DNA of 64,000 bases from the IMG/VR virus record IMGVR_UViG_3300022752_005266, positions 2,011 through 66,010 of that record. One strand, given 5' to 3'. This DNA is from a virus (taxonomy: Duplodnaviria > Caudoviricetes). The position numbers and the translations under genes are program-made. Position 1 is the stretch's first letter. Every line of letters starts with the position of its first letter. Below the pieces are notes generated by a model. The model was not told the origin of the DNA and ran no database searches. It was given only the letters and a program-made list of their open reading frames with translations. This document shows positions 1 to 11,400 of the stretch, piece after piece.

Positions 1-263
1 CAGACAACCAGCGCCGCGTCGATGGAGGGCACGGCGTCGGCGGCGGCCTTCGCGGCCTGCTCCTGCTCATAGCGAATCGCCGTCTGGGCGATGCCGGCCA
101 CGAAACCCTTTCCGATCTCGGTCACCACGTCCTGCTTCGAGGGCACGTCGGCGTCCGGCTTCGTCAGGAGGGCGGTGTACGCGGAAACGATGCGCGCCGC
201 GTCCGCATCCGCGAGGGTGAAAGAAACGGCAGCGCCGTCGAGCGAGAACGAGATGTCGGCCAC
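1..263 (-). CDS. small virion-module protein (~87 aa; stop codon falls at the window edge)
   Basis: Not in the ORF track. AGGAGG RBS, then GTG at 263 (MADISFSLDGAAVSF...), open to the edge; lies directly downstream of the fibre-like gene. Confidence 0.65.
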   Translation of the reverse strand, partial: MADISFSLDGAAVSFTLADADAARIVSAYTALLTKPDADVPSKQDVVTEIGKGFVAGIAQTAIRYEQEQAAKAAADAVPSIDAALVV

Positions 264-271
264 GTTGCCTC

Positions 272-1330
272 CTAAGGTGCGATGAGGCCCAGGCTACGCA
301 TCCGAGCGAGCAGGGCGTTGAGCTGAGCGACCACGTCCCCCGTCCCCGTGCTGTCCGCGACGGCGGCCGGCTGCGTGACGGGCGTGGTTCCGAAGAAGCC
401 GAGCTTTTGCGTGGTCGCGGTCGCGATCTTCGTGCCGGTCGTCGTACCGACCGCAATGTTCTTAGCGTCCGCGAAGATAAACGACCCGCTGGAGTTGATG
501 GTCAGGCAGGTAAAGCCATCGGTCTGGAACTCCATCCCGCGCCCGATCCCCGTTCCGCCCTTCTCCGTTCCAATCGTAAACGTGCTGCCGACCCAGCCCA
601 CCTTCGCGCGTTCGTAGTTGGTCACGCCTGCGTCAGTCGTGGCGTAGATGCGGAACATCTGCGCGCTGGTGCCGTTGCGCTGCGCCAGCGTGTTGGCCGC
701 ATCACGCCGAAGCGCAAGGTCCGCCGTCGCGTTGTTGTTCGTCGCGGAGGACCACGAGAACGTCCAGTCCGACGCGAGGCGCGACTCAAGGTTCGTCGCG
801 TTGTAGTTCTGGCCAATGATGCCGTTGACCCATACCGCGAGGTTGCTCGTGTTGGTCCCGAGGCCCGTGTTGGTGGCCCCGAGAAACGAGATTCCCGGCG
901 AGTTGCCTGCGACGACCGAGCCGAGCGGGAACTGAGCCTGCGAGGAGTTGAGCGTGGCGACCGACGGGATCGTCAGGTTGCCACTCTTGGCCACCGCGAA
1001 CTTGCTCACCGATCCCACCTGGAGATCGAAGAGGTTCGACGCGGCGGCAGACGCCGTGTCCGTCACATTGAGCTTCAGCCCGGTGAACGTGACCGCGCCG
1101 GCGTTCCAGGTCTGCGCGAGGTCGAGCAGCGGCGCGGACGTGGTGACAGCGCCCGAAGAGATGACAAGCTGCTTTCCGACGGTCAGCTTCCCCGTCGTCT
1201 TGTCAAAGACGAGGCCGGCGTCGCCGCCAAACGCACCCGCATCGTTGAACTGGATCTGCGTGTTCGCGCCCGCGACGGACCCGCCAGTGGCCGGAGGAAC
1301 CGGATACGATGTCTGTCCCGACGTCGGCAT
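272..1330 (-). CDS. tail fibre/spike-like structural protein
   Basis: 352 aa, G/T/A/S-rich. Contains the 'GANTQIQFNDAGAFGGDAGLVFDKTT' motif typical of phage fibre proteins; lies in the virion operon. Confidence 0.7.
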   Translation of the reverse strand: MPTSGQTSYPVPPATGGSVAGANTQIQFNDAGAFGGDAGLVFDKTTGKLTVGKQLVISSGAVTTSAPLLDLAQTWNAGAVTFTGLKLNVTDTASAAASNLFDLQVGSVSKFAVAKSGNLTIPSVATLNSSQAQFPLGSVVAGNSPGISFLGATNTGLGTNTSNLAVWVNGIIGQNYNATNLESRLASDWTFSWSSATNNNATADLALRRDAANTLAQRNGTSAQMFRIYATTDAGVTNYERAKVGWVGSTFTIGTEKGGTGIGRGMEFQTDGFTCLTINSSGSFIFADAKNIAVGTTTGTKIATATTQKLGFFGTTPVTQPAAVADSTGTGDVVAQLNALLARMRSLGLIAP

Positions 1331-1338
1331 GGCGTCTC

Positions 1339-1755
1339 CTACCCGTTCGCGTAGACGATGAAGCGCAGCGCGTACGTGAACTGGTTGTTCGCGCCCGCGT
1401 TCGGGACGGGCATCATGTACAGCCGCCCGTTCACGTCGGCCTGCATCACGACCGGGGCGTCCGCGAGCTGCGGGTCGAAGAGATTCGCGACCAGCGTGAC
1501 CGCGCCCTGGAACTCCTGGCTGATGTCCCCGGCCGTCGTCACGCCGCTCTTCGAGAAGATGATGGGCTGAAACGAAGCCGCGCCGCCAGCGACGTGATCC
1601 ATCTTGAAGCGGACCAGTCCGACCTTCACGAAGGGACGGCCGAGGTTCAGCGTGATGACCGTCGTGTTGTCGACGGTAGCCGCAGTCGTCGCGTACTGGG
1701 TCGGCGAGTTCGCGTCAACCAGCGGTATTGCGAGTACAGGGGTATTGCTCTGCAT
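1339..1755 (-). CDS. hypothetical virion protein
   Basis: ORF in the late operon, probable start MQSNTP; beta-strand-like composition. Confidence 0.65.
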   Translation of the reverse strand: MQSNTPVLAIPLVDANSPTQYATTAATVDNTTVITLNLGRPFVKVGLVRFKMDHVAGGAASFQPIIFSKSGVTTAGDISQEFQGAVTLVANLFDPQLADAPVVMQADVNGRLYMMPVPNAGANNQFTYALRFIVYANG

Positions 1756-1819
1756 ACGGGGGCCCTCACGGCACTGCAAGAGTACCGCGCGATGATGCAG
1801 ATCGCAAGCCCGTCAGTCG

Positions 1820-2410
1820 CTAAGGCTGCCCGACGTCGAACTCCACAACGAGCTCTTCGCCCGCCGTATCCGGGTCGGTCTTGAGCGACACGGCCAGCGT
1901 GTTGCCCGCCGCCGTCGCGATGACCTCGAACTCGACGACAGCCACAATGCTCTCGCCGGGCGCGAGCGTGATGCTCGGAAGGTTCACCACGATCTGGTTG
2001 TCGGTGTAGATGGTGCCGATGCCGGCGTCCAGCGCGCGGGGCTTGCCCGAGCCCTTCGTGACGCCGCTGATCGACGTGATGTTGCCCGAGGTGTCCTTGC
2101 GTCGGATGTCGAGGTTGACGCGGCCCGTGGCGCCGGCCGGAGAGACGGCCGCCGTGATCCAACGAATGCGCCCGCGCACCTGCGAGGCCATCGTGGTGGA
2201 GTAGGCGCTGCGGAGCGTGTAGTAGTTCGAGAACTTCACGCCTGCGGCGGTCGTGTCGATCGCCGTGATCGCCGTGAGCGGAACCGAGGCGCTGCGATTG
2301 ACCGCGATGCTGCTGACCAACACGCCGTCGGTATACGCGGCCGTCTGGGTCGCGGTGGCGTTCGGGACGGCGTAGAAGCCGCCGCTGAACTGAGTCACTG
2401 AATCGGGCAT
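1820..2410 (-). CDS. hypothetical virion protein
   Basis: AGGAG RBS before the ATG at 2410; T/A/V-rich. Confidence 0.7.
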   Translation of the reverse strand: MPDSVTQFSGGFYAVPNATATQTAAYTDGVLVSSIAVNRSASVPLTAITAIDTTAAGVKFSNYYTLRSAYSTTMASQVRGRIRWITAAVSPAGATGRVNLDIRRKDTSGNITSISGVTKGSGKPRALDAGIGTIYTDNQIVVNLPSITLAPGESIVAVVEFEVIATAAGNTLAVSLKTDPDTAGEELVVEFDVGQP

Positions 2411-2479
2411 GACCGCTCCTGGCACGATACGGTATCACGAAGAACGCGCCGAGGCTACTTGCGTAGCCCCGACGCCGGG

Positions 2480-5400
2480 TTACATACCCTTCGTCTCGCG
2501 GAGCTTCGTCGGCTCCTCGTACTTCACGGTCCGCTGCGGCGACGTCATCGACACGTCAATGCCGAGTGCTGCCCTGCACACCCGCAGAATCTGACCGCGA
2601 AGATTGGTGCGCTCCATCGGCTCGCGCTCCCAGCGGAGCAGCAGTGCGTTGAGCTCGCCCAAGAGCGGCGTGTTCTCAAACGCCATCGACCACACCCCGC
2701 CTCGGACGTAGTACCGCTGGTCGCGCAGGACGCCCGCGTCAGGGTACTCCGCTTGCAGCTTGCGGATGCGCTCGATCTCCTCGGGCGGCAGCTGCTTCAG
2801 GTTCTGGCCCGTTTCATCGACGATGAACGGATCGACGTCGGCCGGCACGCGGAGGAACGTCGTGCCATACATGTCGTCGATCATCTTGCCGATGAGCGGG
2901 TGAACCACCGTCGCCGCGCGCTGCGTGATCTCGGCGGCACCGCTCACGCCGAGCGCCAGCTTCTTCGGCGGCATGGCGTCGGTGCTCATGTCCGCGAGGA
3001 GCGGCGCGAGGATCGGCGAGCGCTCCGGGTCAAAGACCGGCTCGATGACGCGCATGACCTTCACTTCGCGCGCGCCACCTTCCGTCAATGCCCCGCCCGA
3101 GAGAAGGTCGGGGGCCTGCGACGACGCGACGATGAGGGTAGCCGCCATCTGCGTGATGTGCCGCAGTCCGGTTTCAATCGACGACTCCGGCCAGAACATC
3201 TCCATGAACGAGTGGTCGTCGCCAAGAAGCGACTGATACACCTGTACGGCTTCCGTCTTCGGAAACGGTACGGCGAACCCCGCCCGCTCGCGCAGATACG
3301 ACACGCGACTGACCTTGCTCGGCTTGGCCTGCGCGTACCGCGAGAGCCGCTGAATGTCGGAGAAGAGGCCCGCCTCGCGCATCCGCAGCAGCTCAGGCGA
3401 CAACTCGTAGAGTCGTCCCTCCTCTACATCGCGGCCGCGGCCGAGAAGCAACATGCGCAGCGCGTGCTTCGCGTCGTCGGGTGGGTCGCCGTTGTACTGA
3501 TTGTAGAACTCCGTGACGATGCTGTAGTAGCTGTCCTGGAGATTCGGCGGCATCGACTCGACGTCCATCCCGAACTCGTCGCCGACGGCGCCGTAGAGCA
3601 CCTCGGTGAGAAGATCGGCGCTGCGCTCGCGCGCTCGGCGGATGCACATCATGCGGTACGCGCCCCACGGGCTGAACAGGTTGTTGAAGACCTGCACGTT
3701 CGCGTTCTTCTGGAAGGCCCAGAAGGGGAACATGATGCCGACGAGGATGCTGCGGTCTGCCTTCGTCATCGACTGGCTGTAGTCATACAGCGCGTCGATG
3801 GTCAGGCGCGCCGCCGTACGCGGGTCGTAGCCCGCTTCCATGAGCGCCACCATGGCGCCGAGGCGCTCACGTTCGCCCCAAGCCTCGGCCGTGTCGCTGA
3901 CCGTGCTCTGCCAGTCGGCAAGGAAGTTTTGAATCTTGCCGCGGAGGACGCGACCCTCGCCCGCCTTCTCCAGCGCCGCCTCTCCTTCGATCACGTTCTT
4001 CCAACGCATCATCTCGGTGTTGATGAACAGCGCACCCTCGCGCTGAATCACGTTCGACAGCTGCCGTGTGTCGAAGCTGGCGAAGACGCCTTCCTCGACC
4101 GCGAGGTTACGGATCTCGCGGAAGCTGTACACCTTGTCGCCGGCGCGGAAGCTACCGTCGATCCCTTCGAGGATCGGGTTCACTTCAATGCGGTACTTTG
4201 CTGCGCCGAAGAGCTGACCGATGCGATTGCCGAAGAGATCGCCCTTGGCTTGAAGCGCGCGCCGCGCCCGCTCCAGAACATCGCGCGGGATGCGCTGCTC
4301 ACCGCCCGGCAGCTTCCGGGCGAGCTCCAGCGCTTGCTGCCACGCGGGGAGCACCATCAGGTCCTGCGCGATGACGCGCGTGACCGAGTTCGCAGCGATG
4401 CCCCAGCCATACGTCATCCCGGACTGGATGAAGTGATCGACCGTGTTCGCCATGAAGTAGCGCTGCCGCAGGAAGAAGCTGCCGCGCGTCATGCGCGTCT
4501 TCATGTATCGGTACAGCGTGTTGAACGCGTCGCCGCCCGTCGAGGCTTCAAGGGGACGATACTTCACGCGGGCCAGCGCGTTCGCCATACGCTCGCGCGC
4601 CTGCTTCGGGATGTAGTAGTCGACGCCCAGGATTCGGTCTGCGACGAAGTCTGCGTTCAGCCCATACCGATCGATGATGCGCTGAATCTCCTCGGTGTAC
4701 TGGGCGGGCCACGCTTCGCCGGTGATCCAGCTCGTGAACGCCATCTTCGCCGGCTCGCTGATGCCCAGGTCGAGCTTGATCAGCGTGCGCTTCGCGACGT
4801 CCGCGGAGCCGTAGCCGCCGATGATAACGGCGAGCTGCCGCTTGGCCTGCTCGTTGTAGATCTCCCCTGCCTGCCCCAGGAACGTCTCGACGGCGTTCCG
4901 GGAGTCGCCCTTGAACATCTTCCAGGCGCCCTTCTCGTCGTAGCCGCGGCCCGTCTTGCCGGCGATGTACGTCAGGAGCTCCACAAGCTTGAACTCGTAC
5001 GGCGGACGCGCGACGTTTGGCGCGCCGACTGCGCTGGAGATGGCCTGCGCCAGTCCGATGCCGAGCTCGTCCTCTGCCTTGCCCGAAGCATGCAGTAGCG
5101 TCTCGATCGCCTTGCCCAGGTCGTCGCGCACCTTGGCCGCTTCCTTCGTCGCCTTCGCGAACGGGATCAGATGACCGTCTGCGTCCACGCCTTCGTACCC
5201 GATCGTGGTGAGATGTTCCGTCCACTTCGGCTGGCTCAGCACGTCGGCGAGACGGCTGAGCGCGTACTGCTGTTCTTCGGGCAGGCTCTCCAGCGTACGC
5301 CGCAGCATGGTGCGGAACGACTCCATGAAGTCGTGTCCGCCCGACGTGATCGGCCGGCCGCCGAGCCGGGTGACGCGCGGGTCTCCCGACAGGAATCGGT

Positions 5401-8400
5401 ACAGTGCGTCGGACTTCCCGGACTCCAGCGCGTCGTTCACCAGCGTCACCGTGTCGCCGATGGCGTTCTCGATGACGCGCTCGCTCGTGTCGAGCGCCTT
5501 GCGCATCTCAGGCGGCATAAGGCGCACGCCCTTTTCGCGCGCAACGTCGCCGCCGAAGAAGGCCGCCGCCACCGAGCGCAGCCCGGTGCGCAGGTACGCC
5601 GGCATCCCCGTCTCGTCGCCCTGCTTCGCGAGCACGCTCCGAAGCGACTCGACCGCCGTATCCTCTTCGATCAGACCGGTCTGCTCCAGCCGCTTCCCCG
5701 CGAGGTTCAGCTTCAACCCGCGCTTCCGCGCCGCCGTCGTCATGCGCGACTTATCGAGCTCGGCCTGGGCCTCCGCCAGATCAGACGCCGTCCAGTCCTG
5801 CTTCCCAAGCACCTTGACCGGGAAGCTGATGTACGGCTTGTCGTCCGCCACCTTCTTCGCCGCCGCGGTGTCGAACTGCTTCATCAGGTCTTCGACCGAC
5901 GTGCGCGGAATACCCTTGCGCTGAGCCTCTTCCGACAACTTGCGGAGGAACCCGATGTCCTCTTTTGGTCCGCCAAGAAGCTCTCGCCGCATCACTTGCT
6001 TCAGCGACGGGAACGACTGCTCCTCCGTCTCCTGGAGCAGACGGTCGAAGACGGCCTTGACCTCGGGAGCCACCGGCTTCCCGATGACCGGGTCGGTCAC
6101 GCCCTTGTAGATGTCGACCAGCACGCGCTTCAGATGCGCGAAGACCTCGGCAAGCGTCGGCGTCGGCGCCACGCCTTCCATGACGTACTGCTCGAACGCC
6201 TTGGCGAACAGCTCCTCGGCGCGTTCGACGTCGGCAGCGCTTCCGACAAACTCGCCGAACTCGTGCGTGACATTCACGCCGGACCGCCGGATCCAGGTCG
6301 TGATGTTCTCCATGTCCTTCACGTCGAGCGCGTTGCGACGAACGATGTGCGCGGCCTCGTGGAGCACCGTCGAGGCGTCCGCGCCGTCGAAGAGCGCGAT
6401 GACGGCACGCCCGTCTTCCGCCCAGCGAACCGTACCCTTGATCTGGCCGGTCGGCCCCACCTGTCGGAGAATGTTCGGGTCTTCGGTTTGACGAGCCGCA
6501 GCTTCCGGGATACCGGAGGGCTGTGGGGGCTCCACGGACAGGTACTTTCCGCGGGCGCCGAGCGTCTCCTTCGAGACGAAAGTGCCGTTGCCGGCGAGCA
6601 CTTCGTCGAGGCCGCGGATGATCGGTGCGTCAGACTTGAGCCCGAAGACGCTCTTCACCTTCTGAACGAACTCGACGAGCCACTGCTTCGCCTTGGCCGT
6701 GAGTCCCTTGTTGAAGGCGGCGAAACGGCCCGCGACGATCTCGCTGGCGTGAACGGCCCAGAACTCCGACGGGTTCAAGAACTGGTAGTACTGGATCGGG
6801 AGCTTGCCCGAGGCGAACGCCTCGGCCACGTCCTTGTAATCGACGCCCGTGAGCATCTTCTCCAGGAACGGCCGCTGCTCGGGCGTCGCGGTCTTCAGCG
6901 TCGCCGTGAGCTGCTTCCGCCATTCCTTGCGGATGGCGTCCTGCATCGCCTCGGGCAGCATCCGCTCGGTGTGGTGCAGGATCTCGTGCGTCGCCGTCAG
7001 CTCGTCGCCCTTGTCCTTGATGAGCACGACGAGCTGCGAGGCGCGCTCGTAGAAGCCCGCCGTCATGCTGTCTTCGCCGCCCTTGCGGACGGAGATCGCG
7101 AGCTCATCCGCGAGACGCGGGTTCTGCTGGAGGAACCAGTCCGCGAGCTCCACCCCGGCGTCGTCGAGCCGGCCGTCGGCGCGCGCCGCGAGAAGACGCG
7201 AACGCACCCAGTCCGTGCCCCGCTTCGGTCCCTGCGTCGCGCGGGCGCGTCGGATCTGTGCTTGATCGTCCAGGTCGTCGGTGATCGCCGCGACGAGCTT
7301 GAAGTACTCCTGCTCGGTGATCTTGCCGGCTTGTAGACCTTCGCCCGCCCGACGGAGTCGCTTCTGCGCGCTGACCCGGAACGTCTTGGGGATGTCCTCG
7401 TACTCGTGTCCAGTGTCGACGCCCATGATTCGCGCGATCATGACGTCGGCAATCCGCGACCGGCGCGCCCGGTCCATGTCGACCCGGAACGCTTCGCTCT
7501 TCACGCTGATGCTGCGAGAAACCTCCGGCGCCTCGGCCTTCGGCGCCTCGGCCTTCGGGGCCGGCGCAGGCGCCTCGGCCCGCGGCCCCAGGGGCAGCGG
7601 CTGCTGCTTCCCCGCCTCTTCGGCGAGGCGCTTCTCCGCCACGTTCCGAGCCGCCTGATACTCCAGCTCTGCTGCTTCGTCCGCGACCTCCGCCGCGCGG
7701 AGCTCCTCGGTCGCCTTGGTCAGGGCCTGCGCCGCCTTCTTCTTAGCGGCGGGTGTCTTCGCTGCGTCGACCGCAGCCTGCGCGTCTTCCTGCTTCCCTC
7801 GCGCAATCTTGAGCTTGTTCTCGGCCACCTTGCGCGGCTTCTGGGCCTTCTTGACCTCGGGCGACTTGTCGATGTCCGCGTCCGCCACACGAACCGCCGG
7901 CGCTTCGGTCGCAGCCTCGACCGCAACTTCGATCGGTGCCTTGCTCGCAGGAGGCGTCGAAGGCTCCATCTTGGAGAGAATGTTCGCCTTCGCGCGTTCG
8001 ATCGTGTCATCGCCGGTGATGTCGGCGCGACGCCAGTTCACGTCCGTGGGCCGCTTCTCGTTGTGCTTCGCCACAGCGACGCGAGATTCCGCCTTCGCGT
8101 AAACCTCCGCTTCGTCGGGAGTCATTCCCCGGCGAAGCCCCCGAAGAAACGCGTCCTTGACGTAGCTCTTGAGCCATGCGTCAAACCCGGCCGCACCCAC
8201 CGGCACACGACCGAACGGCGCGGTCATCTTGTCCGCCCGTGCCGCCTCTTTCTGGGCTTCCGCGTCCAAACCAGTCATCGCTGCGAAGAGGCGCTTTTTC
8301 TGCTCACTCTCCAGCGTGTCATACCACGGGATCGGCTTTGCCGCTTCGACTGGCGCTTCGACAGCCGCCGTGATAGGGGTAGGGGTAGGCGGTTCTGCAA

Positions 8401-11400
8401 TAGCAGGAGTCGGAGGCTTCGGGGCTTCTGCGCGAGCAAAGGCGGCTTGCCGGCGTTCAAACGCCGCAGCGGCTTCTTCGCTGTTCTCGCCGAACTTTCG
8501 GATCGCCTCCATCCAAGCAACGTCGGCGCGAAGGATGTCGGACATCGCGTCTGCGGGCGTCAGCGTGACCGGCGCCTCGACGAAGGCCGCCTTCGCGGCG
8601 TCGAGTCGCCGGCTGAGCGCGTCCATCTGCCGGTCGATGGCGTTCGCCTCGTCCAGGTCGTCGGTTTCGAGGGCGATGTCTCGCTCACTGCGAAGACGCT
8701 CCATCTCCGCCTCAAGCTTCGCGACGTCGGGCGTCGGAGCAACGGTCGGCGCGGGAGCCTTCGGCGGCTCGGGCGTCGGGATGGCGGCCGGCACCTTCGG
8801 GGCCTCGACGACCGCCTCGGCGGCCGGCGCGGCCTCGACCGCGGCGCGCTCCGCCTTCACCTCGGCGTGAACCTGCCTGACGTCCTTCGGGTCAAGCTTG
8901 AATCCGCCGAAGAGCGGCTTGATCTTCACGCCGGGGTTGGCGCGCAGGTACTCGCGCAGCTGCGCCTTCCGGCCCTCGACCGTGTCCGCCAGGACGGGGA
9001 GCACGCCGGGGGCCGGAGCAGTCGCCTTCGGCGGAGCCGCGGCCGTCGGAGCGGCCGCCGGGGTCGGCGGAGTCACGGCTGCGGGCGGAACCGCCGGAGG
9101 CGTCGCGGGCGCCGCCGGCTTGATCTCAGGAGCCTTGCGGATGGCCGGCTCGCCCTTGGCGACGCGAGCCTCCATCAGCTTCTCGGCTTCGGCGATGCCC
9201 TGCTCGAACGCAGCGCGCGTCGAGGTAGGCGGAAGGCTACGCGACCGCACCGGCGCGTCGCCGACACGGACGATGACGCGGAGCGGTCCGCCCTTCGTCG
9301 GCTCGTCCACGATGACGCGGGCGTCTCCGATGATGATGCCCTTTGCGACACCCGCGCCGTCGGCCGTTTCCTGGGAGAACTGCACGAGCGGCGTCGGCCG
9401 CGCCAGCGCTTCGTCAAAGAGCCTCCGCGCGTCCGCGGCCGATGCGATGTCCACCAGCGGCGTACCCACCGGGATCGGCGGCCGCATGCTGGCGAGACGC
9501 GCAGCGGCGCTCGATGCAGCCCTCGGCGTTACCGACGTCGCGGCGGCCGCAGCGGCAGGAACCGCGGCCGCAGGAGCCGCGGGGGCGGCCGGAGGAATCG
9601 GCACGCCACCGGCGCGCGCCAAGTCCTCAAGCGTGCCTCGCTCGACCCCGATGTCCCGGTAGACGTCGAACAGGTCACGCTTCTGGCGCGCCGCGACCCC
9701 CTTCGCCATGGCTTCGACGCCAGTCGCCGCCTGCACCAGATCTTCGAACTTCGCGTTCGGCAGAACCTGCCGCAGCTTGTAGAGGAACAGCGAGCCACCC
9801 GGGGAGAGGCGCACCGGCGCGCCGTCCGGCCCTCGTGCCACGACGTCGTCGAAGATGGCGACGGGCTGGACGTTGATCTTCGCTTGGTCCGCGATCTCGT
9901 CGCGGAGCAGCGCCGCAGCCAGCCCACGCGCCTCGTTGTTCTGCTCAACCGCGCGCAGCGCCCGGTCGAAGAGCGCCATGTCAGCAATCCGAATCTCGTC
10001 GATCGTCTTGCCCTTGACTCCGCTGAGCTTGCGCGCCAGCTGCGAGGGCAGCCGACTCTCGCCGGGCGTGTGCAGCGCCTGCCGCAGCGGCGCGTAGTAT
10101 TCCGTGCCGTACTTCGGGCTCGCCTTCAGGTCGGCCTGGAGCGCAGCCCGAAACGCCTTCTCGTCGGTGAGCGCCAACGGCGCGCGCTTCGCCACGATGT
10201 CGGCGAGCTCATTCACCTCGTCGGCGGAAATCGTCGGGAACTTGAACTCCTTGTCCTTCGCGAGGCGCGCCCTCGCGCGGTTCAGCACGTCGCGCGTAGC
10301 GCCACGGGCGTAGAACTCGGCGTACGCGTCGGTCGACTTCGGCGCGTTGGCGAGGTAGCTCGCCTTGGCCTCGGAGATGCGCTCCAGCTGACGCCGCGTG
10401 TTGTAGAGCTCCGAGTACGCGGTCATCGGAATGTCGCGCTTCTTGAGCTTCGCGCTGAGGATGTCCTTGCGCAACGAGGGGTGCAGCCACGTCCGCGATT
10501 CGGCCTCGCGCGCCACCTGCTGCGAGAAGTCGCCGGGCCCGCCACCGATCAGCGCAGCGAGGTCCTCGTTGTAGATGTCGCTCTCGGGGTCGTGCATCTT
10601 GATCGCACGCGCCGCCTCGGCGTCGAACCGGTCGAGGCTGTCTGCTGCGACGGGGAGCAGATTTCGGAGCTCCGCCTCGGCCTCAATCGCCTTCTCGTAC
10701 TGTCCTGCCTTGCGAGCCTCCGCGGCCACGCGCAGCAGCTCGGTCGCCTTCGGCGCAGCGACTTTGAACTTCGCCGTCCTCGCGGCGGCGCGGATGCCCT
10801 TGTACGCGACGTCTCCCGCAGCCAGCACATCCGGGAACGCCACCGAGGCCACGAACCCCGCGGCGACGACGGGCGCGCGGACGAACGCCGAGGAGCCCTC
10901 CGTCTCCTCCAGCGCGTAGTCCAGGAAGTTTGCGCCGGTCTGGACGCCCTGTGCCGCCGTTCCGCCTTCAAGCTTGCCGACGATGGCCGCCTGGGGAACG
11001 TCAATCGCGCGGAAGAGTACGCCGAGCGGCGACTCCTGGCGGAACACCGCCTGATTCTTGTTGTTGAACCCGATGAGCTCGATGTTCGGCTTCAGCGCGC
11101 CGAAGAAGCCGGGAGGCACACGCCCTTCCGTGACCTCGACATCCTGCATCGTGACCGCGGGCGTCCACTGCCCGACGGTCTTGTACGCCATAATCTCGTT
11201 GACGGCCTGCCGACGAATCTTCGCCATGCGCTCCGTCGCATCGGGTTGCGACACCGAGATGTTCGCGCGGCGCGCGAGCTCCTCTGTACGCTGCTGAATG
11301 TAGCGCTGCGTCGCACCCGTCTCGGACCGACGCCCGTAGAGGTCGTACAACTGGACGGCGTTCTTGTCCTTCTTCAGCCCCTGCACGAGCAGCGCGGCCA

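Noticed and set aside
8372-8392. GGGGTAGGGGTAGG as another copy of the 75-bp element core
   Set aside because: It encodes a Pro-Thr linker, and the flanking blocks are not at the expected offsets.
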